From positions 7,130,001-7,194,000 of the forward strand of contig NC_042998.1 in assembly GCF_006345805.1 (NCBI RefSeq): a stretch of 64,000 nucleotides of DNA. The letters are read 5' to 3'. Origin of the DNA: Octopus sinensis. Its lineage: Eukaryota. Each line of letters starts with the position of its first letter. Within the stretch, counting starts at the first letter, position 1. Under the pieces are notes generated by a model. That model was not told the origin of the DNA. It made no database searches and saw only the letters and a program-made list of their open reading frames with translations. The translations under genes and the position numbers were made by a program. Below, piece after piece: positions 28,490-40,130 of the stretch.

Positions 28490-28920
28490 GTATTTGTACC
28501 TGAAAATATGGTCCCATAGAGCTAGTTGTAGAGACAAAAATATTAGAAGCTGGTGGCAAAAGGGACAAATCGCAGCAAGAAGTTTGATTCTCGACAGAAT
28601 TTGAACTCAGAATGGGAAGACAGACAAAATACTTAGCAACATTTTGCATGGCATGCTAACGACTCTGCCAGCTCACCACCTTAAAGAAATAGCAACAATA
28701 TTAATAACAGAAGGCTGGCAGAAACGTTAGCACATCGGCAAAAATGCTTAGCGGTATTTCCTGTCTTTATGTTCTGAGTTCAAATTTTACCATGGTCGAT
28801 TTTGCCTTTCATCCTTTCAGGGTCAATAAATTAAGTACCAGTTGTGTACTGGGGTCAATCTAATCGACTGAACCTCCTCCCCAAAATTTTCAAGCCTTGT
28901 GCCTAGAGTAGAAAAGAATA
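28490..28920. mobile_element. Two family B SINEs in opposite orientation
   Basis: Minus copy ~28490-28682, plus copy ~28710-28920. Confidence 0.75.
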
Positions 28921-29003
28921 TTAATAGCAATATTGTCTGCATGTAGACGCCTCTGATGAAAACCTAGTAAGGTTCATGAATCCGTTAAGGTTCTTTGTCC
29001 TTT

Positions 29004-29180
29004 ATAGGCGTAGGAGTGGCTGTGTGGTAAGTAGCTTGCTTACGAACCACATGGTTCCAGGTTCAGTCCCACTATGTGGTACCTCGGGCAAGTGTCTTCT
29101 ACTATAGCCTCAGGATGACCAAAGCCTTGTGAGTGGATTTGGTAGACGGAAACTGAAAGAAGCCCGTCGTATGTATGTAT

Positions 29181-29211
<31 letters not shown>

Positions 29212-29440
29212 CATGTATGTTTGTATACGTTTGTGTGTCTGTGTTTGTCTCCCCAACATTGCTTGACAACCGATGCTGGTGTGTTTACATCCCCGTAACT
29301 TAGCGATTTGGCAACAGAGACGGACAGAATAAGTACTAGGCTTACAAAGAATAAGTCCTGGGGTCGATTTGGTCGACTAAAGGCAGTGCTCCAGCTTGGC
29401 CACAGTCAAATGACCAAAACCAGTAAAAGAGTAAAAGAGC
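29004..29440 (+). mobile_element. SINE family A
   Basis: Full consensus match. Confidence 0.9.
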
Positions 29441-29889
29441 AATAACACGACACCTCAAATTCGTTAGTAGCTTCCTAAATTATACAGATGAGTCTGTGTA
29501 CCTTTGAGCTTGAGTGTATTTCTTCATGTACAGCGATTTGTTTACTTATTAATTAATATACATTTACAATAAGGAGCAATTCATTAACAAAACACCATTT
29601 TGTTTATGAAAATATCTAATCTTTTTTATTTCTATATTTCTGTCAAAATACATTGCTTTTGTTTCAATTAATTCTTAAAATAATGAAAATTTGAGTAAAG
29701 TAATTTTGTTATTGTTAACCTGGTGTTTGAAACATTAATTAACATGGAATTTTGTGAAATTTCTTTTTTAATTAAAGTGTCTATAAAACAGTAAGTTACA
29801 GCATAAAAAAAGGGCTGGCCTCAAGTGGGTTTGTACCAAAACAGTTAAATTGTGTGAAGTATCTTTTTTAGTTGTATTCAATATCATTA

Positions 29890-30320
29890 TCAGCATCATC
29901 CTTTAACATCCCTTTTTCTATGCTGGCATGGGTTGGATGGTTTGATCTGAGCTAACAAGCTGGGGAACTGCACCAGGTTCTTGGTTTCTATGGCTGAATT
30001 CCCAGCCTAATGCCAACCACTTTACAGTGTGTGCTGGGTGCTTTTAACATGGCACTGCTTTTAGCACTTTTATGTGGCACCAACATGAGTGCTTTTTACG
30101 TGACCCTGGTGCAGGACTCTAGCAGGCTAATCCTCTTCACCAGAGGATGCAACCTTAGCACTTCAGCTGTGGAGGACAGGTATTCTTGAGTAAGGGGACA
30201 AGTATCTTGGTCTTTTGTCATGTCGTTCGAAAGGATCAGCATCTTGAGGTCATCCTTCAGTACTTCATCCTATATCTTCCTAAATCCTGAGTCACCCTCT
30301 TCCATGAGTTCCAGCTATTT
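29890..30320 (-). mobile_element. Decayed RTE 3' fragment (ORF end + 3' UTR)
   Basis: Minus frame DEVLKDDLKMLILSNDMTKDQDT followed by the RTE tail. Confidence 0.65.
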
Positions 30321-32543
30321 TGAGAGATCAGCACTCCTTCATATATATATATATATATATATACAGAGAGAGAGAGAGAGAGAGTAGAGTGCACTCTAAG
30401 TATCTAGAAAAAACTATAACATCAGATGGGAGTTAAAAGAAATTTACCATAAAACACCCACCATCTGATGGAACCAGCCTTGGCATTTTACATAGAGAAA
30501 TTCGGTATCTGCCTGGGTATTATATCCCTCCTACCCCCATCCTCAACCTAACCCACACCCCACCCTTGCTTTCCCCACTCTCGCCTCCTCCACATCCTAA
30601 TACCACCACACCATACCCCACCATACCACACAACACCACACCACACTACCACACATACACAAGCACTGACTACTTCCCAGCCCCACACCATCATCTACAC
30701 ACACACACACACACACCAAGGTCACCAGCCCCTTCCACATGCACATACATGCTCTCTTATACACATGCACATGCACCTTCATTTTGGGATCACCACTACT
30801 TTATTACCTCCCCTTCTTTCTAGCTCCCCTGTGTGACCCTTCTGTCCGGCATTCTCCATGATAGATCACTAGCCACTACACATTCTTTATTTTCTCTCCT
30901 TGTTTCTTTCTGTGTTCCTTTCATTTGAAGAGCATAAGAAGACATTGTAGATCTTTAGCTGGGCTAAAAAGTCACATTCGATTACAGCACCGATAACAGT
31001 TAAGCCTTGTGCAATGGCCATATTCGATGACGAGGGGGCAGCCATCATGTATGTATGTATATATGTAAGTATATATGTATGAATGAATGAATGAATGAAT
31101 GCATGTATGTATATGTGTGAGTGACAGACAGACAAACTACCTCAATATTTCTGGCAACCAAATTCGATCATAGAGCATTGGTCAGCCCAGAGCTATAGTA
31201 GAAGACGCTTAAGATGGCAGACTGTGGGACTGTACCCAAAGCCATGTCATGGCAAAGCAAGCTTCTTAACTACACAAACAGCAACAAAATCCTTCATATT
31301 ACTTTGTTCAAGTCCATAATTAATAATGCAATCATTTATTTATAAATATACATTTTCCATTTAAACTTCTTCACTTTTCTTCCCAGAAGTTTGTCATTAA
31401 TGCAAAGTTAACCCAATGTTAAAACAATATTCAAAAAGCTTCCCAGTACAGGCTTTTTAATCATTGAGACTTTTCACAAGTGGGAACATAATAACATTCA
31501 TATTTTATTAATTCTATAAAAGCTAGCTACTGCCACTTTGACGATGCATGAATTAATACTAAGATGTAGTGTGAAGCTGATATTTTAGGAAGTATGCTTC
31601 GTTTCAAGGTGTCATATTTATTCTGACACTGTTTAAATTATGGGAGCTTCTTCAAATCTATCATTTGAATATTTAAAAAAAACAAAAGCTAAAATTTTTG
31701 GTGTACATGAAACAGTTACAAACAGAACAAGCAGAACAAGCAATAGTATACGCAGAACCATGTTAGGAAGAAGAATAATCAATAATTATAATAAGTTTGT
31801 AAATAATTGAAAATTCTGAAGTCACTAAACTTTATTTTGAATTTTATGAAATATTTATTCAGATTCTGATAAATAAATGTAGATATGAAGAAAGCTATGA
31901 ATGGACTTTGAAATATGGCTGGATGTCAGTACAGGAATTCGATTTTACATTAGAATACTGTCACTACAGAATTATAACTGCCATATTGAAATTAAGAATA
32001 ACAATGAGAAGATGGTATTGTAATTATACTAGTGTAGTTATAATACAGTATACCAATCAGTATATCAATTGATACAGCGGGACACATCCTACATAATTGA
32101 TATCGGGCATTAAAATATTAAATTCATAAACTAATCTTCAACCGTAAATTGATGTATCATTGTCATTATCAACATGGTTGTCGTCATCATCATCATTATC
32201 ATCATCACTACCATTGTCATCCTTGTCATCATCATCATCATTATCATCATCACCTACATTTTTCTTATGAATGCAATCGCATAGAACCTCTTATTAATAA
32301 CATCAGAGTTAACCTGATATTAAGACTGTTGGAAGAAAGCAACAAGTGAAAAACGTAGTAAATTGCTATTATCATAAAAGTAATATTAAGCTATTTTATG
32401 TCTCAAAGAATGGTTCGACTGAGTGGTAATATATTAGGCAATAAAGTGTCTCATGCAAAGATATAAAAGCTATAATTAATGGTTGACTTGAACAATTCTT
32501 CATTCTTACATTGCTTGACAATTATTTGGATGCCAGTACTTAC

Positions 32544-32612
32544 ACATATGCAGCTATGATCTATGGAAGAGCAATCGAAAGAATGCTCTTCACTTAATTC
32601 TTGCACTTTGAT
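32544..32612 (-). CDS. Candidate symmetric exon (IKVQELSEEHSFDCSSIDHSCIC)
   Basis: catataattttag acceptor, TGT|gtaagt donor, 69 nt, phase 0-0; the other two frames contain stops. Confidence 0.35.
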
Positions 32613-32984
32613 CTAAAATTATATGTTTCTTGATATATGTTATACCGTTTCCACTGAAATCATATTTATTTACATATTTTTTTATTTATAGTAAATACAT
32701 CAAGAGAGGGTTTCAAGTATAATCCAATGTTCAATTTGGCTGTTAATATCTGTATATCAAGATAAAATATTGGTACTTTTTATCCTGCTTGCTTCATTGT
32801 ACCATTTTGTTAAGATTGGCATTCTAATAAACACATTCATTTAACTGCTGATTAGAACTATAAGATTTTATGGAATTTATTAATGTCCAAGAAATTTAAT
32901 ATTAATATTCTTTTCAACTCATCTGTATAATTTAGGAAACTACTAAAGAATTTGAGGAGTTTTATTATTGTTATTAATATTCTT

Positions 32985-33360
32985 TTCTACTCTAGGCACA
33001 AGGCCTGAAATTTGTAGGGAGGGGTGCCAGTTGATTAGATCAACCCAGTACACAACTGGTACTTAATTTATTGACCCCAAAAAGATGAAAGGCAAAGTTG
33101 ACCTCATCTGAATTTGAACTCAAAAAAATTCAATATTAATATTCTGTCTACAATAGGCACAAAGCCTGAAATTTTAAGAAGTGGGTGAAGGTTAGTCAAT
33201 TACATTAACCCCAGTGCTTGACTGGTACTAATTTTATCAACCGTGAGAGAATGTAAGACAAAAGTCAACTTCAGTGCAATTTGAACTCAGAATGTAAGCT
33301 GGAAGAAAAACTGCTAAGTATTTTGTCTTGTGTGCTAATGATTCTGCCACCTCACTGTCA
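32985..33360 (-). mobile_element. Two diverged family B SINEs
   Basis: Degenerate aactggtacttaattt..gaaaggcaaagttgacctc..tttgaactc motifs occur twice. Confidence 0.7.
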
Positions 33361-33452
33361 CACGAAAACATCTGTGCCAGTGCCATGCAAAAGCACCCAT
33401 GTCAGTGCCACATAAAAGCACCCATGTCAGTGCCATGTAAAAGCACCTGTGC

Positions 33453-34187
33453 CAGCCATGTAGCCAGCCGATAGCAACTGGGGGTGCTATCTTGATAGCT
33501 GGGGGTGCTGAACAGGGGTACGGACAAAAACCCCTACATAAAGTGTGAAAGTGGATATTTTTCGGTTATTTTTTTCGTTTTTTTTTTTTTTTTTACATTT
33601 CTTGACGCCTGACCTGGTCAAAACTTGATATATTTCGTTTTTATTTTCCTTTTACTTGTTGCAGTCATTAAACTGAGGCCATGCTGGGGCATCACCTCGA
33701 AGAATTTTTAGTCGAATGTATCGACTCCAATATTTTTTTTAATGATTTTCAACAAGCACAAAGTTAAGCCTAAAAAGTCTTTCAACACGCTAGAGATAAC
33801 AGCCAAATCTTTAAACACTATTTTTATAAATTTCAAATAAACAAAAACAGAAACCGCGGTTGTAAAAAAAAAGGACTTACATACTTTAACTATGGGGTGG
33901 AGTTTGTTTGAGGGGCTCTTGTCTTAGGGGGCTTTTTTCCTAAGGGTCTTTAGACCAGCTCTAATTTACCCACGTTTTCATATCACTAACTACTATATCA
34001 AAAGAAATTCAATTTATTGCATCTTTAACGGCTTCAGATAGTACTTATGAGAAAAAAGAAGGCATTGACAATGTATTATTTCAAAAGTGGATAAAACAAA
34101 TTCTCATACTGGGGTGGGGTGGGGCTGAGATTCTAAATGGGGGTGCTGAGCACCCCATAGTCCCCCACCCCCGTGGCTACGTGCCTG
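33453..34187. mobile_element. Non-autonomous hAT-like DNA transposon
   Basis: TIRs cagccatgtagcca and (rc) caggcacgtagcca; perfect 8-bp TSD acctgtgc (33445-33452, 34188-34195); inserted into an RTE 3' UTR repeat unit. Confidence 0.85.
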
Positions 34188-34544
34188 ACCTGTGCCACAT
34201 CAAAGCACCTATGCCGGTGCCACATCAAAGTGTTTACACCAGTGCCATGTCAAAATTCTGAAGCCGGTGTCATGTTAAAAGTGTCCAGTACACTCTGTAA
34301 AGTGGTCAGATTTGGAAGGGCATCTAGCCACAGAATCAATGCCAAAATAGACAAAATAGAACCCAGGCAGCTCTCCAGCTGGCCTATTCCTGTTAAGTCA
34401 TCCAACGATGCCAGCATGGAGAATGGACGTTAAATGATGCTGACGACAACGAGGATGACGATGGTGATAATGATGAGGATGAAGATGATGATGATGATGA
34501 CAATGATGTGTGGTGGGGGTTGTATGCTATGTAAATCTATGTGG

Positions 34545-34952
34545 ATGAGTCTTTGTGTCTGTGTTTGACCCCTACCACCACTTGACAACCAGTGTTGGTG
34601 TGTTTACATCCCCATAACTTAGCTGTTCAGCAAAAAAGACTAATGGAATAAGTGTACCAGGTTTTAAAAAAAGATAAGTATTGGCATCGATTCATTCAGC
34701 TAAAACTTTTGAAGGTTGTGCTCCAGTGTGGCCACAGTCTAGTGACTCAAACAAGTAAAAAATGAACAACATATACACACATACATGATGGGCTTCTTCT
34801 ATTTTCTGTTTACCAAATTTACTGATAAGGCTTTGGTCAGCCTGGGGCCAGAGTAGAAGGGACTCACCCAAGGTACTGGGCAGTGGGACTGAATCTAAGA
34901 CTTCATAGTTAGGAAGCAGGCTTCTTAACTACATGGCTACGTTTGCACCTAT
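34545..34952. mobile_element. Family A 3' module (+) followed by a family A head (-)
   Basis: Diverged consensus matches. Confidence 0.7.
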
Positions 34953-34974
34953 TAAGTAATATTTCGTGGGCAGT

Positions 34975-35190
34975 AAGGTGGTGAGCTGGCAGAACTATCA
35001 GCATACTAGGCAAAATATTTAGCAGCCTTTTGTCTATCTTTAAGTTCTGAGTACAAATTCCACCGAGGTCAACTTTACCTTACTTCCTTTCAGGGTCAAT
35101 AAAATAAGTCCCAGTTGAGTACTGAGGTCGATGCAATTGACACACCCTATCCCCTATAGTTGCTTGCCTTGTGCCAAAATTTGGAAACCA
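34975..35190 (+). mobile_element. SINE family B
   Basis: ggtggtgagctggcagaac...gagtacaaattccaccgaggtcaacttt. Confidence 0.75.
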
Positions 35191-35467
35191 ATATTTCTTG
35201 GGTATTGGATATTCTGTCAGTCATCTTATGTCTGAAAATACCATATTTAGTGAGCTCTACCCGATGATTCCAGGCCATTAGCACCAATAAGACTAGCAGA
35301 TAAAAACAACCTTGTAACTACTAACTTAAACAAATACCATATCACGATGAAAAATATATATTTGAACAAACAAAGCATATGAAAATAGTTTTATGAAAGA
35401 GAAGTCCATCAGATAGCAAGTTTCTATAGACAGAACTTATCTGCATCATCTCTAACAGTTTAACAGT

Positions 35468-35566
<99 letters not shown>

Positions 35567-35592
35567 GGGTGTGTGTGATTGTGTATAGAAGA

Positions 35593-35944
35593 ATATATTA
35601 ATAAAAGGAATTCCAAACTTGTCTGATTTTCACGTTTTATTTACAATCTTATAATGATATAATATACGATAATATAATATAATAGAATAAAATAAAATAG
35701 TAGAATGTTAAATGTTCTTTCTTGACTTCACAAAAATTGTGAAGCATGACTGTCACCACTACTACATGAACCTGAAGATTGCAGAATTTAATGCATGAAA
35801 GTACTAGTTCAATCAGAATGAACATTTAACATTCTACTATTTTATTTTATTCTATTATATTATATTATCTTATATTATATCATTATAAGATTGTAAATAA
35901 AATGTGAAAATCAGACAAGGTTGGAATTCCTTTTATTAATATAT
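35593..35944. repeat. Long inverted repeat (125-bp arms, 102-bp spacer)
   Basis: 35593-35717 vs reverse complement of 35820-35944: 3 mismatches counted. Confidence 0.95.
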
Positions 35945-35968
35945 ATATATAATATATATATATATATA

Positions 35969-36156
35969 CAGTGTACATTTAAACACATAAGAGGTAGCCA
36001 TCATAGGACTACCTACACGCTAGCGACGACAGTTAAATTCTGAACCACTATTAGAGATAAAAATCGAAGGGAATGTAAAGTAAAAACATTTACCATCTAA
36101 CTCCTGGACCAGGTAGTCCTATGATGGATACCTCTTATGTGTTTAAATGTAAACTG
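35969..36156. mobile_element. TA-flanked MITE-like element (46-bp TIRs)
   Basis: cagtgtacatttaaacacataagaggtagccatcataggactacct and its inverse (2 mismatches); TA on both sides; CAGT ends typical of Tc1-like TIRs. Confidence 0.75.
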
Positions 36157-36400
36157 TATTTATATGAATAATATATAGTCTATTGACTAAATTTTTACAC
36201 GCTAGGCCACTGGTAATGGAAATTTCAAATATTTATGAATATTTCTGATTACCCTTTGATAATATTAATTATATATATACATACATATATAAGTTCAGCA
36301 AAATTTAGATTCAAATGCATATGTTACTTAAGTTAGATGCACCAGAATTTTGTATGGTGTTATCCATATAAATCCATGGGGTGATTATAATCAAAGTAAG

Positions 36401-36722
36401 CAACAAGAATAACTTCGGTAAGTTGGTACGATCGTTTCACGTTACATCATTTTATTAAATATTGTAAGTATTACAGCAGTTTTAAAATGTTGAGCAATCA
36501 TCAGCCATTTATAGAGGTTTTCTATTAATACATAATTTTCATATTAATTGATAACATTATAGAGAAGGTAGATATATAGACAAAGATGTCGATTTGAATT
36601 TTAAACCTCTATAAATGGCTGATGATTGCTCAACATTTTAAAACTGTTGTAATACTTACAATATTTAATAAAATGATGTAACATGAAACGATCGTACCAA
36701 ATTACCGAAGTTATTCTTGTTG
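36401..36722. repeat. Long inverted repeat (120-bp arms, 82-bp spacer)
   Basis: 36401-36520 vs reverse complement of 36603-36722: 3 mismatches counted. Confidence 0.95.
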
Positions 36723-36740
36723 TTGATTACATACATATAT

Positions 36741-38270
36741 ATCATCATCATCATCATCATCATTTAGCGTCCACTCTCCATGCTAGCATGGGTTGGACGG
36801 TTCAACTGGGGTCTGGGAAGCCAGAAGGCTGCACCAGGCCCAGTCTGATCTGGCAATGTTTCTACGGCTGGATGCCCTTCCCAACGCCAACCACTCCGTG
36901 AGTGTAGTGGGTGCTTTTTACGTGCCAGGTGAGGCTGGCAATGGCCACGATCGGATGGTGCTTTTTACAAGCCACCGGCATGGAGGCCCGTCAGGGCAGT
37001 GCTGGCAACGGCCACGTTCGGATGGTTTGCTTACATGCCACCGGCACTGGTATCACAGCTACAATTTCCATTGATGTTGATCAAATTCGATTTTGATTTT
37101 GATTCTGATTCTCACTTGCCTCAACAGGTCTTCACAAGTAGAGTTTTGTGTCCCAAGAAGGAAAGGTATGCATAAGTGGACTGGCTACATCCCAGGTAGA
37201 AGCCATGGGTTATGGTCTCACTTGTGCTGCTGAGTCTTCTCACGTACAGCATACTTCCAAAGGTCTTGGTCTCTAGTCATTTCCTCGGTGAGACCTAAAG
37301 TTCAAAGGTCATGCTTCACCACCTCATCCAAAGGTTCCCTCAACCGCTAGGGTGTGGCACTTTTTCACACAACTATCTTCATCCATTCTTGTCGCATGAC
37401 CATACCAGCGCAGCCGTCTCTCTTGCACACCACAACTGATGCTTCTTAGGTCCAACTTTTCTCTCAAGGTACTTACACTCTGTCGAGTATGAACACTGAC
37501 ATTACACATCCATCGGAGCATACTGGCTTCATTTCTTGCGAGCTTATGCATATCCTCAGAAGTCACGGCCCATGTTTCACTACCATGTAGCATGGCTGTT
37601 CGTACACATGCGTCATACAGTCTGCCTTTCACTCTGTGCGAGAGGCCTTTTGTCACCAGCAGAGGTAAGAGCTCTCTGAACTTTGCCTAGGCTATTCTTA
37701 CTCTAGCAGTTACACTTTCAGCACACCCACCTCCACTACTGTCTTGGTCACCTAGGTAACGGAAACTATCAACTATTTCTAGTTTTTCTCCCTGGAATGT
37801 GGTGCATTTTCAGTGTGTATTGCTCCTGAGCATCTGCCACATACAAAAACTATTTTCCTAGTTAGCCTTCCTTTAACATTGCTGCACCTCTTATGTGTCC
37901 ATAGCTTACACTTGGTGCATCTTATAGAGTTTCTGCCTACACCTTTTCTACAGATCAAGCAGGGCCATCTACCTGAAGGCGTTTGTGATTTGTCTACCTT
38001 CCTACTTATTAAGACTTTGGTTTTAGCTAGATTGACTCTAAGGCCCTTCAATTCTAATCCTTGCTTCCACACCTGAAACTTCTCCTCCAGTTCTGATAGT
38101 GACTCAGCAATTAGAGCAAGGTCGTCAGCATAGAGGAACTCCCAGGGGCATCTTGTCTTGAATTCCTCCATTATTGTCTGGAGGACTATGATAAATAGGA
38201 GGGGGCTGAAGACTGAACCTTGGTGAACCCCTACCTCTACCAGGAATTCTTCACTGTACTCGTTGCCAGT
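36741..38270 (-). mobile_element. 5'-truncated RTE-clade LINE (RT pseudogene + 3' UTR + (GAT)n tail)
   Basis: VGVHQGSVFSPLLF, FLYADDLAL, KTKVL, YLGD, ERRLRWYGH motifs; frameshift near 37780 and in-frame stops. Confidence 0.93.
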
Positions 38271-38459
38271 TTATATGTTTGAAGCATTATGCAAGATTTC
38301 AGATAGAATACATATAGAAAGAAGGGCTATCTTCTGTAAAGTTCAAGTCCAAGCAACATGATGTATGCTTGAGTATTCTGGTTAATTGTTCTACCTAACA
38401 TATACAGCCAATAGATTGTAAACAAAAGTTGTTGAGTTCATAGTAATATTGGTCCCATG

Positions 38460-38670
38460 AGCTGGTGAAAACGTTGGCATGCCAAGCAAAATGCTGAAGA
38501 GTATTTCATTTGTCTTTACATTCTGAGTTCAAATTCTGCTGAGGTCAACTTTGTTTTTCATCCTTTTGCGGTCAATAAATTAAATATCAGTTGCATACTG
38601 GGGTAAATCTAATCGACTGGCTCACCCTTGCCCAAGATTTCAGGCCTTGTGCCTAGAGTAGAAAAGAATA
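38460..38670 (+). mobile_element. SINE family B
   Basis: gagctggtgaaaacgttggc...gagttcaaattctgctgaggtcaacttt. Confidence 0.75.
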
Positions 38671-38731
38671 TTGGTCTCATATTTTGGCACCAGGCCAGCA
38701 ATTTGGGGGAAGGGAGTAAGTCAATTACATC

Positions 38732-39124
38732 CAGGGCTGTCGCTAAGCCCCTGCAATCCCTATAGTTGCAGGGGGCCCTCTGCTTTTGAGAGGCTCCATA
38801 TTAAGATCAAAGTACGCAGATAAGTCATCTATTTACTTTGGTTAAGGTGTTGAGCAAGAATTAAATTATGTTAATAGAAAATTTCAAGAAATAAAATGGT
38901 AATACATTGTACCTGAAAAAGTTCTTGTAAAAATATTACCTTGTACCACAAACGTCCCTATTTAAATATTTTCTTTAGGATATTGTGAAATATTGAACTT
39001 CAGATAGAATAAAGTAAAATATAGCTATTAATAAAAGGTGCATAGATTATAAATTTTGATTGAAGGAATGGGTCCTCAAATCAAAGAGTTGCAAGGGGCC
39101 TTTAAAAGTCATGCGCCACGCCTG
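38732..39124. mobile_element. hAT-like MITE inserted in a family B SINE
   Basis: Ends cagggctgtcgc and (rc) caggcgtggcgc; 8-bp TSD attacatc (38724-38731, 39125-39132). Confidence 0.8.
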
Positions 39125-39239
39125 ATTACATCGTCCCTGAAAGGATGAAAGACAAAGTTGACCTTGATGGAATTTGAACTCAAAACATTAATATAGATGA
39201 AGTACTGCTAAGCATTTTACCCAGCATGCTAACAATTCT

Positions 39240-39462
39240 TATTTCTTTATTGCCCACAAAGGGGCTAAACATAGAGGGGACAAACAAGGGATTATGTTGA
39301 TTACATCGACTCCAGTGTGTAACTGGTACTTAATTTATCAACCCCAAAAGGATGAAAGGCAAAGCTGACTTCAGCAGAATTTGAACTCTGAACATAGCGG
39401 CAGATGAAATATTGCTACGCATTTCACCCAGCCTGCTAATGTTTCTGTCAGCTCGCCGCCTT
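39240..39462 (-). mobile_element. Family B SINE nested in an older family B copy
   Basis: Flanked by the direct repeat taacaattct; the host copy resumes with gtcagctcactgcc. Confidence 0.8.
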
Positions 39463-39504
39463 TAAAAGTTAACAATTCTGTCAGCTCACTGCCTTAGATC
39501 AGTA

Positions 39505-39715
39505 ATTTTTATTTCAAATTTGTAACAAGGCCAGAAATTTGGAGGAAGAGAGTAAGTCGATTACATCGACCCCAGCACTCAACTGGTATTTTATTTTATC
39601 AACCCTGAAAGGATGAAAGGCAGAGTTGAATTTGGCAGTATTTGAACTCAGAACATAAAGACGGACAATATGCTGCCAAGCATTTTGCCTTTTGCCGTAA
39701 CGATTCTACCAGCTC
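39505..39715 (-). mobile_element. SINE family B
   Basis: Consensus match. Confidence 0.75.
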
Positions 39716-39989
39716 TGAGAAACTAGTTATTTTAGACCACTAAAGAACTTGCCATCAACAGCTTATATCAAGGGAGATAACAGTGATACTTTATAAAATG
39801 TCCTCAAGCTGCAGAGCATTCAGAAACCAGTTATTCTGTTAATACAATAGCAAAGACATTGTTGTATGAAGTCCTGAACTGTTACATCTGCATTCACACA
39901 CACACACACACATGCGCACACACACACACTTATGCACATACATACACATACATTCAAATCCACACACATACACAAATACAGACACAGAC

Positions 39990-40078
39990 TCACTCTCTCT
40001 CCTTCTCTCTCTCTCGCTCTCTCTTTCCCTCTCTCTCCTCTTTCTCTCTCCCTCTCTCTCTCCTCTCTCTCTCTCTCT

Positions 40079-40113
<35 letters not shown>

Positions 40114-40130
40114 CTCTCTCTACCTCTACT
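39990..40130. repeat. (CT)n microsatellite
   Basis: Directly visible. Confidence 0.95.

Noticed and set aside
31863-32070. Two overlapping open plus-strand frames (ILINKCRYEESYEW...; MDFEIWLDVSTG...)
   Set aside because: No homology recognised, splice signals are moderate, and the frames cannot be distinguished from chance; worth only an RNA-seq check.
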